44,109 nt of DNA. It comes from a bacterium. GTDB taxonomy: Bacteria > Verrucomicrobiota > Kiritimatiellia > UBA8416. Every line of letters starts with the position of its first letter. Position 1 is the first letter of the stretch. The notes beneath the pieces were generated by a model that did not search any database, was not told where the DNA came from, and saw only the letters and a list, made by a program, of their open reading frames with translations. The position numbers and the translations under genes were made by a program. The stretch is from NCBI GenBank assembly GCA_020048935.1, contig JAIFLS010000146.1, forward strand, positions 1-44,109, written 5' to 3'. Positions 34,800-44,108 of the stretch are shown here, in pieces.

Positions 34800-35855
34800 A
34801 TGAACGATATCCGCATTGGTCAGCACGGTGTCGGGGCCAGTCATGCCCCTTTTATTATTGCCGAGATGTCAGGCAATCATGGCCAGAGGCTCGATCTGGC
34901 CCTGCGGTTGGTGGATGCCGCCGCCGAAGCGGGTGCCCACGCGCTGAAATTACAGACGTATACCGCCGACACGATGACACTGGATCTGAAGGATGGCGAT
35001 TTCTTTATTAACGATCCAAATAGCCTTTGGAATGGGAACTCGCTTTACGAGCTCTACCAGAAGGCGTCAACCCCCTGGGAATGGCACAAGCCGATATTTG
35101 ACAGGGCGCGTCAGCGAGGCCTGGTTCCTTTCAGTACGCCGTTTGATTCCACCGCGGTGAATTTGCTCGAATCGCTGGATGTGCCCTGCTACAAGATTGC
35201 ATCGTTCGAGAATGGTGACCTGCCTTTGATCCGGCGTGTGGCGGCGACCGGTAAACCGCTGATCATGTCCACGGGCACCGCGACCCTCGAAGAGTTGACC
35301 GAGGCCGTCGAGGCGGCGAGGGGGGCCGGCTGTAAAGATCTGATTCTGCTTAAGTGCACGAGCCGGTATCCATCGGTGGCCTCCGATCTCAATCTGGCGA
35401 CGCTTTCATTTCTGGCCAAGCAGTTTGATTGTCTCGTCGGTGTATCCGATCATACCTTGGGAACGCTCGTCCCTGTGGCCGCCGTGGCTCTCGGTGCCTG
35501 CGTGGTGGAGAAGCATTTCACGATGGACCGTGAAGAGGGCACGATTGACGCCGCGTTTTCGTTGGAACCCGACGAGCTGAAGCGGTTGGTTCATGAAACC
35601 GAATTGGCGTGGCAGGCGGTGGGACGAGTGTGCTGTGAACCCCTTGAAGGCGAACAGGCATCGCGTCGTCACCGCCGCAGTTTATATGTGGTCAAGGACA
35701 TTCCCGCCGGTGAGCGGTTAACGCCGCAGAATATCCGGGCGATCCGTCCAAATGCCGGGCTGCCGCCGAAATATTACGACCAGGTCATGGGTTCGGTTGC
35801 CACCCGTGATTTGCCCCGCGGCACCCCATTGTCCAAGGATATGGTTTCCAAATGA
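34800..35855 (+). CDS. pseI: Pseudaminic acid synthase
   Basis: IIAEMSGNH, KLQTYTADTMT, TPWEWH, KIASFE, SDHT, EKHFT, FSLEPDE, SAF C-terminus. Confidence 0.92.
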   Translation: MNDIRIGQHGVGASHAPFIIAEMSGNHGQRLDLALRLVDAAAEAGAHALKLQTYTADTMTLDLKDGDFFINDPNSLWNGNSLYELYQKASTPWEWHKPIFDRARQRGLVPFSTPFDSTAVNLLESLDVPCYKIASFENGDLPLIRRVAATGKPLIMSTGTATLEELTEAVEAARGAGCKDLILLKCTSRYPSVASDLNLATLSFLAKQFDCLVGVSDHTLGTLVPVAAVALGACVVEKHFTMDREEGTIDAAFSLEPDELKRLVHETELAWQAVGRVCCEPLEGEQASRRHRRSLYVVKDIPAGERLTPQNIRAIRPNAGLPPKYYDQVMGSVATRDLPRGTPLSKDMVSK

Positions 35856-36856
35856 ATGTAGAACCTCAAAATCCGGATGGCGCGGGTCTCGCGTTGAAAG
35901 GCAGGATTGCTGCGGGCCACTGGTTGCTGACCAGTGCCGGTGCCAAAGTCGATCTAACCCGTCGGATGCGCTGTGCTTTGAATGCAACAGGCTGTCGTCT
36001 ATATGTGGCCGATAGCTCATTATTATCTGCTGCATTCGCCTTTGCGGATGGACATTTTCTGTTGCCTGCTTTGGAAGACGAGTGTTTCATCCCTGAATTG
36101 ATCGCTGCCTGTATCCAGAGGCAAATCAATGTGCTTTTGCCAAGTCGAGATGCGGAGTTGCTCTTTTTTGCGCGGCACCGGGCGGTGTTCGAGGCCTCTG
36201 GCATCCGTCCGCTGGTATCGGCGCTGGACAGCATAGAACTCTGCCGTGACAAAATCCGCTTTCACGCGCATTGCCTGCAAAACGGAGTGCCGGTGCTGCC
36301 ACGCATTGAATGTCCCTGCGCGGCCGGTTTCCCCTGCTTTGTGCGTCCGCGCGTGGGTGCGGCCAGCGCCGGTGCGGGGCGTATCCAAAGTTTGGCGCAC
36401 ATGCACGCCTTGTATGGGGAACCGCCGTGGGAGGATTTGCTTGTGCAGTCATGTTGCCGTGATGACGAATTCAGCATAGATGCCCTTTTTGGCCCCGATG
36501 GAGAGGTTGTCCAGTGGATTGCCCGGCAACGCATTCGAGTCAAGGCAGGCGAGTCGGTGGTCAGTCGAACGGTTCGGCTGCCTGCGTTTGAGCCCGTGAT
36601 CAACACGCTCGCGTCCTCCATGCGGCTTTTCGGTCCGATTACCCTGCAGGCCTTTTTCTCGCCCGAAAATGGTGTCCATCTAATCGAGATCAATCCGCGT
36701 TTCGGTGGTGCTTGCGCGCTTGGAAACGAGGCTGGATTGGAAGCGCCTGAGCGTCTTGTTGCATTCGTCCAGGGGGATATGGAAAACTTTTATCGCCTGC
36801 GCTCCTTACGCTATGATTTAACCCTGTTGCGGTACAGTCAGGATCTCTTCATCTAA
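35852..36856 (+). CDS. ATP-grasp (carbamoyl-phosphate-synthase-like) ligase
   Basis: LLTSAG, LPSRDAEL, CRDK, EFSID, IEINPRFGG. Confidence 0.85.
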   Translation: MNVEPQNPDGAGLALKGRIAAGHWLLTSAGAKVDLTRRMRCALNATGCRLYVADSSLLSAAFAFADGHFLLPALEDECFIPELIAACIQRQINVLLPSRDAELLFFARHRAVFEASGIRPLVSALDSIELCRDKIRFHAHCLQNGVPVLPRIECPCAAGFPCFVRPRVGAASAGAGRIQSLAHMHALYGEPPWEDLLVQSCCRDDEFSIDALFGPDGEVVQWIARQRIRVKAGESVVSRTVRLPAFEPVINTLASSMRLFGPITLQAFFSPENGVHLIEINPRFGGACALGNEAGLEAPERLVAFVQGDMENFYRLRSLRYDLTLLRYSQDLFI

Positions 36857-36859
36857 GTT

Positions 36860-37519
36860 ATGCGCCTTGATGCCTATCGATTATTCCTGGTGGATATGGA
36901 TGATACGCTTTTCGAAGAGCGTGCATTTGTATTGAGCGGCCTGCGTGCGGTGGCGGATTTTGTTGAGCAATGGGGGCTTTGCCCGGCAACCGCCTGCCGA
37001 TTTCTGCTGGAGCGGTTCGAACGGTGTGGCAGGGACCGGATCTTCAATCATCTGCTTGCCCACTTTAATACGGAGGAGAGCCAGAGTCGCATCGCGCAAC
37101 TGGTTTCGGTCTATCGCTGCCATCGCCCTGATATCCGGCTCTATCCAGGGGCTGAACAGGTGCTGGAGCTCCTTCGTGCCCGGGGGCGGGTGGTTGTGGT
37201 GACCGACGGGCTGGCTGAGGTGCAGGAACGGAAGTTCAAGGCGTTAGGACTTGAGTCGATGGTGGACCAAGTCGTGTATTGTCATGCCGCCGGATTCCCG
37301 AAACCGGACGCCCGCGCACTCGCTGGGATTGTTTGCAAAGGAACCGCTGAGGCCGTCCTGATTGGGGATCGTCCCGATCACGATCTGGCGATGGCCGCCA
37401 ACCTCGGCATCGATTCCGTCAGGGTGCGCACCGGCCGTTTTGCCCGGATTGATAATACGCCTTGGGTGCCGATTGCCGATCTGGCTTCGATGATGAAGCT
37501 AAACGAAATCCTGCTCTGA
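36860..37519 (+). CDS. HAD-family hydrolase
   Basis: DMDDTL, VTDG, PKPD, IGDRPDHD. Confidence 0.9.
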   Translation: MRLDAYRLFLVDMDDTLFEERAFVLSGLRAVADFVEQWGLCPATACRFLLERFERCGRDRIFNHLLAHFNTEESQSRIAQLVSVYRCHRPDIRLYPGAEQVLELLRARGRVVVVTDGLAEVQERKFKALGLESMVDQVVYCHAAGFPKPDARALAGIVCKGTAEAVLIGDRPDHDLAMAANLGIDSVRVRTGRFARIDNTPWVPIADLASMMKLNEILL

Positions 37520-39505
37520 ATCGGCTTGCTCGGCCTGGCTTTGATTCCTGCGCATGACGCCGTTGATCTTGGCAATCAGATCCTTAGTGACGAAAGGTTT
37601 CTGGATAAAGTCAACGCCTTCGTCGAGTACCCCGTGCTGGCTGATCACATCTGCGGTATAGCCGGACATGAACAGGCAGCGTGTCTCGGGGTGGAGCGTC
37701 TGTATATAGCCAAATAGGGTTCGCCCATTCATGTCGGGCATGATGACATCGGTCACGAGCAGATCAATGTTCTCTTTGCAGTCGCGGGCAAGCTCAATGG
37801 CCTTATTGGGGTTATTGGCGGGCATTACCTGGTAGCCGATTCGGTTTAACATGCCTCCGATCATTTCAAGCAGGGCTCTGTTGTCCTCGACGAGCAGTAT
37901 GCGCTCGTGGCAACTGTTATGTTGAACATCCGTGAGGTTCTGCTGCGCCGGGCTGGGAGGCTGTTTCCTGAAGAGGGGTAGATAAATCTCGAATTCAGTT
38001 CCTGTGCCAAGTTTGCTTTTTACCGCGATAAAACCATGGTTCTGCCTCACGATACCGTATACGGTTGCAAGTCCAAGCCCAGTCCCTTTGTCAATGGGTT
38101 TGGTCGTAAAGAACGGTTCGAAAATATTAGACATGGTCTCTGCATCCATGCCGCAGCCATCATCATTCACCGCCAGGAGGGCATACTCGCCAGGGATGAA
38201 ATCGACATGCTCCAGGCACTGTTCGGCATCCAGGGTTTTTACTGCCGTCTTGATCGTTATGGATCCCGTATCGGCTATCGCGTCTCTAGCGTTAACGCAG
38301 AGATTCGCGAGAATCTGGTCGATTTGAGAAGGATCCATGCGTACGCTGCCCACATTATTACCAGGCGCCCAAGTCAAGTTAATCCCTTCGCCAACCAGGC
38401 GGCTGAGCATTTTCAGAATACTCTCGACGGCCTGATTCAGGTCAAGCACCACGGGAATGGCGTTTTGTTTGCGGGCAAATGCCAGCAACTGGCGGGTCAA
38501 GTCCGCGGAACGCTGGGCGGCCGTGCGGATCTCGTTCAGGCTTTCGATAATCGGATCCTGTCCAGTCGTCTGGCTGATCAACAGTTCGGTATGGCCGAAG
38601 ATGACACCAAGCATATTGTTGAAATCGTGTGCAACACCACCCGCCAGGCGTCCCACAGCCTCCATTCTCTGCGCCTGGGTCAACTGGGTCTGCAGTCTTT
38701 CGCGTTCAAATTCTGCCTGTTGGCGAGACGTCATATCAATATCAATGCGGAAAAGTTCCGGTTCCCGGTTGGCGTTGCGAACAACGGCATGGCTCGATAA
38801 AACGGTGACGATGCTGCCGTCTTTCCGGACCATATTCAGTTCGCATGTGGGGATCGCCCCTCCGGTATCAATCATTTTCCGGATGGACTCCGCAACTTCC
38901 TCCCGCATGGCTTCGGGGGTGATCAAGTCGAGCACGTTGCGGCCAATCGCCTCGTCCGCAGCGTAGCCATAAAGCTTCGCCGCGGCCCTGTTCCAGTACT
39001 GGATAATGCCGTCGGCGTTGTAACCCTGGACGGCTACGGCCGGTACATCCTGGAACAGGCTTCGAAAGCGCTTTTCACTTTCCTTGAGCGCATTTTCGGC
39101 GGAGCGCAACAACCGTTCGGATTCAATGGCGCGCAGGGTCCGTTCGATGACGCCAGGCAATATATGGGTCAGGTTGTTATCCTTGACCAGATAATCGGCG
39201 GCACCGAATTTCATCATTTCAACAGCCAGACGCTCGTCCCCTTGGCCCGTCATCACGACAAACGGAACGCGAATCCCATGTAGCGACAGCGTACTGATCA
39301 CATCTTGGCCGGTCATGTCAGGCAACTGCTGGTCCAGCAGCAGCACATCCACCCGCCCCCCGATGATGCGGTTGATTGCATCGCGTCCGCAGACCACGCC
39401 TTCGGCTTGTAATCCCGTGCTAATCAGCATCTTGATAATAAGGCTGTTTAGCAGCTCGTCATCCTCAACGACCAGAACAGATTTGCGCGTTGTTGTGTCA
39501 GTCAC
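37499..39505 (-). CDS. Hybrid histidine kinase (REC-PAS-HisKA-HATPase-REC), CckA-like
   Basis: AGGVAHDFNNML, NLCVNARDA, FEPFFTTK, GTGLGLA, receiver domains at both ends. Start at GTG 39505 (GGGAG upstream); the ORF extends to 39559. Confidence 0.92.
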   Translation of the reverse strand: MTDTTTRKSVLVVEDDELLNSLIIKMLISTGLQAEGVVCGRDAINRIIGGRVDVLLLDQQLPDMTGQDVISTLSLHGIRVPFVVMTGQGDERLAVEMMKFGAADYLVKDNNLTHILPGVIERTLRAIESERLLRSAENALKESEKRFRSLFQDVPAVAVQGYNADGIIQYWNRAAAKLYGYAADEAIGRNVLDLITPEAMREEVAESIRKMIDTGGAIPTCELNMVRKDGSIVTVLSSHAVVRNANREPELFRIDIDMTSRQQAEFERERLQTQLTQAQRMEAVGRLAGGVAHDFNNMLGVIFGHTELLISQTTGQDPIIESLNEIRTAAQRSADLTRQLLAFARKQNAIPVVLDLNQAVESILKMLSRLVGEGINLTWAPGNNVGSVRMDPSQIDQILANLCVNARDAIADTGSITIKTAVKTLDAEQCLEHVDFIPGEYALLAVNDDGCGMDAETMSNIFEPFFTTKPIDKGTGLGLATVYGIVRQNHGFIAVKSKLGTGTEFEIYLPLFRKQPPSPAQQNLTDVQHNSCHERILLVEDNRALLEMIGGMLNRIGYQVMPANNPNKAIELARDCKENIDLLVTDVIMPDMNGRTLFGYIQTLHPETRCLFMSGYTADVISQHGVLDEGVDFIQKPFVTKDLIAKINGVMRRNQSQAEQADSEQDFV

Positions 39506-39628
39506 CGTTTGAACTCCCGTTTTCGCTACGCTGTGTGTCGGTGAAAATATTGATCGCATTAGGAAATCGCTTTCAGTCTATGGCGACATATCGGTAAAAG
39601 CAAATTCAAACTCGATATTCTGTAGAGC

Positions 39629-40447
39629 TCAACCCACCGCGAAAAATAGCATCCTTTCGGATGAAACGGCGTTAGCGTCGTCACGTGCATAGCCGGTTTG
39701 TGCATCTGTCTCATCCGCTCGCACGCTCTCGCGCTGCGAATCCGACTTTTCCGCCATTGCTTCCATTTCGATTCGGGTTGCGCGGGCGGCAACCGCCATG
39801 TCCTGGGTAGAGGGATCCGCCGGTGCCAGGGCGGCAGCCCGCATCTTTCGCGCTTCCGATATTTTGCCGTCATGATCATTAGAGATGGCCGAAATCTCGA
39901 TATCGGCGGAACCGCCAACCGCGTACTGGCGACCATCCGGCCCTGTCTGGTAATCGTATCTCACGTTGCGTCCGCCGGAAGCGGCATGCGCCTGCTCATG
40001 GGCTCTTACCTCCTGATCGCGTTGGCGGAGATCCTCGACCTGGCGCGATTCCGCGTCGCTTAGCTCGTGCTGCGCGTTTGCCGTTGTTTCTTCGGGTTGA
40101 TCGTCCTCACACGCGTCGGTTTCCTGATGTGCATCGTCCTGCCTGACCGGACGCCGTTCATGTATCTCGCTAGATTCGGATTGTTCCGCTTGCCGTGCCT
40201 GACACATGGAACAATGGCCGCAATAGCAGGAGTCAAGTTCACCTGCGTCTGGCGCGTGCTGCACAGCCGTTGGTAATTCCGATGTAACACGAGTCGAGCG
40301 GGAGCGGGTGAACGAATCCATCACCACAGATTTGACGGCCTGATTCGAAGGTGTTTGGTCGTGCTGGGGGCGGTCAGGATGGTTTTCCGCCACGTACGCG
40401 CCGGGAGGGGCGAGCGACGCGCCTTGCATGAAATGTACGATTTCCAT
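39629..40447 (-). CDS. SprA-related family protein (putative metalloprotease, HExxH)
   Basis: RDQEVRAHEQAHAA, YQTGPDGRQYAVGG, AALAPADPSTQD; additional CYCGHCSMC motif. Confidence 0.85.
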   Translation of the reverse strand: MEIVHFMQGASLAPPGAYVAENHPDRPQHDQTPSNQAVKSVVMDSFTRSRSTRVTSELPTAVQHAPDAGELDSCYCGHCSMCQARQAEQSESSEIHERRPVRQDDAHQETDACEDDQPEETTANAQHELSDAESRQVEDLRQRDQEVRAHEQAHAASGGRNVRYDYQTGPDGRQYAVGGSADIEISAISNDHDGKISEARKMRAAALAPADPSTQDMAVAARATRIEMEAMAEKSDSQRESVRADETDAQTGYARDDANAVSSERMLFFAVG

Positions 40448-40512
40448 TGCACAATCCTGTTGTTCAACGCGGTTGTTGTCTTCCGTTGCCGTTATCTAAT
40501 GAATCTTTAGTG

Positions 40513-40539
40513 TACTCGGCACAAACAGCAGCAAGCTTA
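40513..40539 (-). promoter_or_regulatory. sigma28 promoter of the SprA-related gene
   Basis: TAAG-N15-GCCGAGTA on - strand. Confidence 0.72.
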
Positions 40540-40626
40540 AATGAAATTTATTGGTGCGTGTTGATGCGAAGCCCGGATAACCATCCAGAGTCAGCAATCG
40601 TTGTATTTCAGTGTTTGATTGCTCTG

Positions 40627-40642
40627 GGGCATGGGTCCTGCT
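40627..40642 (+). promoter_or_regulatory. Possible sigma54 promoter of the second HAD gene
   Basis: GGGCATGGGTCCTGCT (GG-N10-GC, CTGCT end); lacks the T before GG. Confidence 0.45.
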
Positions 40643-40681
40643 AGCACCCAATCTATTTGATACACTCGGAGTTAAACGATC

Positions 40682-41374
40682 ATGTCCGCCTTCCGATTGC
40701 AGAATTACAGCCTTTTCCTGATTGATATGGACGACACGCTTTATGAAGAGCGCGATTTTGTGCTGAGTGGACTCCGGGCGGTAGCGGAGCATCTGGGGTG
40801 CCGCGGTGCTGATCCTGAAAAAGCGTGGCGCGACTTACGGCAGCGCTTTGAATCAAAGGGCAGGGAACGCATATTTGATCTTTTTCTATTCGAATATTTC
40901 GGGGAGAGCGTCAGTTATGCTGATGTGGCGGAGTGCGTGGCTGTTTACCGCCAGCATACCCCCTGTATCGCGCTTTACCCGCGTGTGCGCGAAGTTATTG
41001 CCGGACTGCGAGAAAGGGGACGTGTCGTGGTGGTCACCGATGGCCTTCCTGCCGTTCAGCGCAGCAAGTTCCTGGCACTCGGACTTGATTCACTGGTCGA
41101 TCAACTGATCTGTTGCTGGGAACACGCGCCCAAGCCGGCCCCGAAGTCGCTTGACGGCGTGGTTGCCCCACGACAGAAGAATGCCCTATACATCGGTGAT
41201 GATCCGAAGCGCGATTTGCCGCTGGCCGCCGCGTTGGGCATCGATTGCATCCGCGTCCGCACGGGGCGCTTTGCGGAGATTCCGAGTGATCCGCCGAATC
41301 CAGTGGCTGAATTGTGGCGTTTTTCGGATTTGTCTACCGCGCTTGTACCCGCAGACCGGACGAATCGGGGGTAG
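40682..41374 (+). CDS. HAD-family hydrolase, paralog of 36860..37519
   Basis: DMDDTLYEERDFVLSGLRAVA, VTDG, PKP, IGDD. Confidence 0.9.
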   Translation: MSAFRLQNYSLFLIDMDDTLYEERDFVLSGLRAVAEHLGCRGADPEKAWRDLRQRFESKGRERIFDLFLFEYFGESVSYADVAECVAVYRQHTPCIALYPRVREVIAGLRERGRVVVVTDGLPAVQRSKFLALGLDSLVDQLICCWEHAPKPAPKSLDGVVAPRQKNALYIGDDPKRDLPLAAALGIDCIRVRTGRFAEIPSDPPNPVAELWRFSDLSTALVPADRTNRG

Positions 41375-41748
41375 GCGTTGGGCGGATGCAGCTTAAACTA
41401 CAGCATTATGATCCGCAGGAAAGTCTGTATACGCGTCTGGCACTGCATGTTGCCGGAGTGCGGAGGGTTTTTCCTGAGGGCGGGACTCTTCGAGCATGTC
41501 CCAAGACCTGCCGCCGTTCCTGCGGAGCGCAACCTTGCGCGTGCCATTGGCGGTAGCAGTCTGCATACTTATCCTCGTGAATCAACTCATTCCATACGCG
41601 GTGGACAATTGGAGTGGCTCGGCTGCGGCACCGCATCTGCTAACAGATAAAGCACAGCTTTTTGGCAGATACCCGAATACCGACAAATGTCATTGGGCCA
41701 GCAACCAATATAGCCCAGCCTGCACCGGTCATGAAAGATGCGTAACCA

Positions 41749-43203
41749 ATGAATAAACAAGGACTTGCAAAACATACGCAGGCGCACGATGGTCGCATTC
41801 CCTGGTTGATTATCGGGGCGGGCCCCACCGGCTTAGGTGCCGCGCGGCAATTGGAGCGATGCGGCTGTCACGACTGGCTCCTGCTCGACGCGGGCACTCA
41901 ACCCGGCGGCCTTGCCGCGTCTTTCTCGGACGCCAAAGACTTTGTCTGGGATATCGGCGGACACGTATTGTTTTCCCATTATGACTATTTCGATCAGGCC
42001 ATGGACGAGGCGCTAACGAAAGACAACTGGCTGAGTCACCGTCGCGAGTCCTGGATATGGATGCGTGACCGTTTCATCCCCTATCCCCTTCAGAACAACA
42101 TTCACAGGCTTCCTCCCGACGATCTGAATCATTGCCTCCAGGGACTGGTCGATATTACCCGTTCTCCCCGGCCCGCCCCGAAGAATTTCAAGGAGTGGCT
42201 CGAAGCCACATTCGGGCCGGGGCTGATGGATGTCTTCCTGCAGCCCTACAATTTCAAGGTCTGGGCACACCAGCCTGAAGCGCTCAACGCGAAGTGGGTT
42301 GGCGAACGGGTTGCGGTCACAGATCTCGGGAAAACCCTCAAACGACTTGTTTACCAAACAGACGATTCCACTTGGGGACCGAATAACACCTTCCAGTTCC
42401 CTAGGCATGGGGGTACAGGATCAATCTGGAAAGCCTGCGCCAATCGACTGCCTCCCGATCAGATCCTTTTGAATACCCGCGTCGCGAAGCTAGACATCGG
42501 GCGTCATATCGTCACCACGACCGACGGGCGTGAGTTTGGCTATGACCGGTTGATCAGCACCATGCCGCTCGACGACTGCTTGCGCATAAGTGATCAAGCC
42601 CGGTTTGCTTCCCTGGCCGAGCACGGCCTGTTGTTCTCCTCCTCGCACATCATCGGGCTCGGACTGCAAGGCAAGCCGCGTCCGGATGTTGCCGGGAAAT
42701 GCTGGATGTACTTCCCCGAGGACAACTGCCCGTTCTATCGCGCCACCGTATTCAGCAATTACTCTCCGAATAACGTCCCTGACATCAACCGATATTGGTC
42801 GCTGATGCTGGAAGTGTCCGAATCCCAAAATCGCCCAGTGGACTCCGCATGTGTGCTTGAGGACGTGATACAAGGCGCCCTCAACACAAAGCTGATCGAG
42901 CGTCGGGAGGATCTGGTCACCACCTGGCATTACCGTGCCGGGCACGGTTACCCCACTCCCGGGCTTCAGCGGGACGAGGCACTGGCGGAGATCATTCCCT
43001 TCCTCGAGCAGCAGGATGTCTACTCCCGCGGGCGGTTCGGACTCTGGAAATACGAGGTAAGCAATCAGGATCACTCCTTTATGCAAGGGGTGGAACTCGT
43101 TGAGCGACTCGTCAACGGACGCAAGGAGATCACCGCATTCGATGCCGATCACGCCAACGCCGTCAAACACCCCTGGCCATTCGCGCGATGGGGGAATTCG
43201 TGA
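41749..43203 (+). CDS. FAD-dependent enzyme resembling eukaryote-type UDP-galactopyranose mutase
   Basis: GAGPTG, GGHVLFSHY, WVGERVA, WGPNNTF.FP, YFPEDNCPFYRAT.FSNYSP, HGYPTP, RGRFG.WKYEVSNQDHSFMQGVE. Confidence 0.8.
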   Translation: MNKQGLAKHTQAHDGRIPWLIIGAGPTGLGAARQLERCGCHDWLLLDAGTQPGGLAASFSDAKDFVWDIGGHVLFSHYDYFDQAMDEALTKDNWLSHRRESWIWMRDRFIPYPLQNNIHRLPPDDLNHCLQGLVDITRSPRPAPKNFKEWLEATFGPGLMDVFLQPYNFKVWAHQPEALNAKWVGERVAVTDLGKTLKRLVYQTDDSTWGPNNTFQFPRHGGTGSIWKACANRLPPDQILLNTRVAKLDIGRHIVTTTDGREFGYDRLISTMPLDDCLRISDQARFASLAEHGLLFSSSHIIGLGLQGKPRPDVAGKCWMYFPEDNCPFYRATVFSNYSPNNVPDINRYWSLMLEVSESQNRPVDSACVLEDVIQGALNTKLIERREDLVTTWHYRAGHGYPTPGLQRDEALAEIIPFLEQQDVYSRGRFGLWKYEVSNQDHSFMQGVELVERLVNGRKEITAFDADHANAVKHPWPFARWGNS

Positions 43204-44108
43204 ATCGGCCTTTAGTCAGCATTGTGTCCCTGTGCTGGAACCGCAAGGACGAGATTCTCGCAAGTCTGGCGCAGATACACAAGATCGACTATCCCCACCT
43301 CGACGTGATCGTGGTGGACAATGCCTCTGATGACGGAACCGCCGAAGCGATCGAGGAAAAATACCCCGGTGTGCGTTTGATCTGCATGTTCAAGAACATC
43401 GGGATTGAGGCGTACAACATCGGGTTCAAGAATGCACACGGCGACTACATTGTCATCCTCGATGACGATTCGTTCCCGCACCCGCAGGCTATTTCAAACA
43501 TGGTTGCCAAATTCGAGGCGGATCCGCAGCTCGGAATTGTCGCCTTCGATGTACGCAACGTCTGTACCTGGGATCTCGCCCAAGCGGAACAGCAGCCGAT
43601 CCCTCCGCCTACTGGCGCATCAACAGCCGCCGAGGCCGAAGGGTATCTACTGGCTTTCAACGGGGCCGGGGCCGGCATCCGGCGCGACCTGTTCGAACGG
43701 GTGGGGTTCTACCCCGAGGAATTCTTCCTCTACTGGAACGAACAGGACACCGCCTTCCGAGTTCTGCAGGCGGGATACCGCATCCGCTTCTTCACCGACG
43801 TCATTGCCTATCACAAATACGCCCCCACCAACCGGACCTCCTGGCGTGCGCCCTTCTATTACACCCGGAATGCCTTCTGGCTTATCTGGAAGAACTACCC
43901 ATTCAACATGGCAATCCACTTGACTGTTCGCATGTTGTACAAGTGTTTTTATGCCAGCCTCGAACAGCATACCCTCATTTACCTGCGGGCCATGCTACGC
44001 GCCTTCCTCGATGCCGGTGCCATCAAAAACAAACGCGCCCCAGTCGACCACAAGATCGCGCGCACCCTGCGCATTCCCTTTGATGTAGCCTTCACCTTCT
44101 ACCGTTAA
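43200..44108 (+). CDS. Family 2 glycosyltransferase
   Basis: PLVSIV, VVDNASDDGT, ILDDD, FFLYWNEQD; GTG start overlaps the upstream stop. Confidence 0.9.
   Translation: MNRPLVSIVSLCWNRKDEILASLAQIHKIDYPHLDVIVVDNASDDGTAEAIEEKYPGVRLICMFKNIGIEAYNIGFKNAHGDYIVILDDDSFPHPQAISNMVAKFEADPQLGIVAFDVRNVCTWDLAQAEQQPIPPPTGASTAAEAEGYLLAFNGAGAGIRRDLFERVGFYPEEFFLYWNEQDTAFRVLQAGYRIRFFTDVIAYHKYAPTNRTSWRAPFYYTRNAFWLIWKNYPFNMAIHLTVRMLYKCFYASLEQHTLIYLRAMLRAFLDAGAIKNKRAPVDHKIARTLRIPFDVAFTFYR

Noticed and set aside
41438-41453. TGGCACTGCATGTTGC as a sigma54 promoter
   Set aside because: Spacing is GG-N11-GC; sigma54 requires N10.
41378-41756. Small ORFs or an ncRNA in the HAD-mutase gap
   Set aside because: No convincing RBS, protein motif or RNA structure; a gene remnant cannot be excluded without a search.
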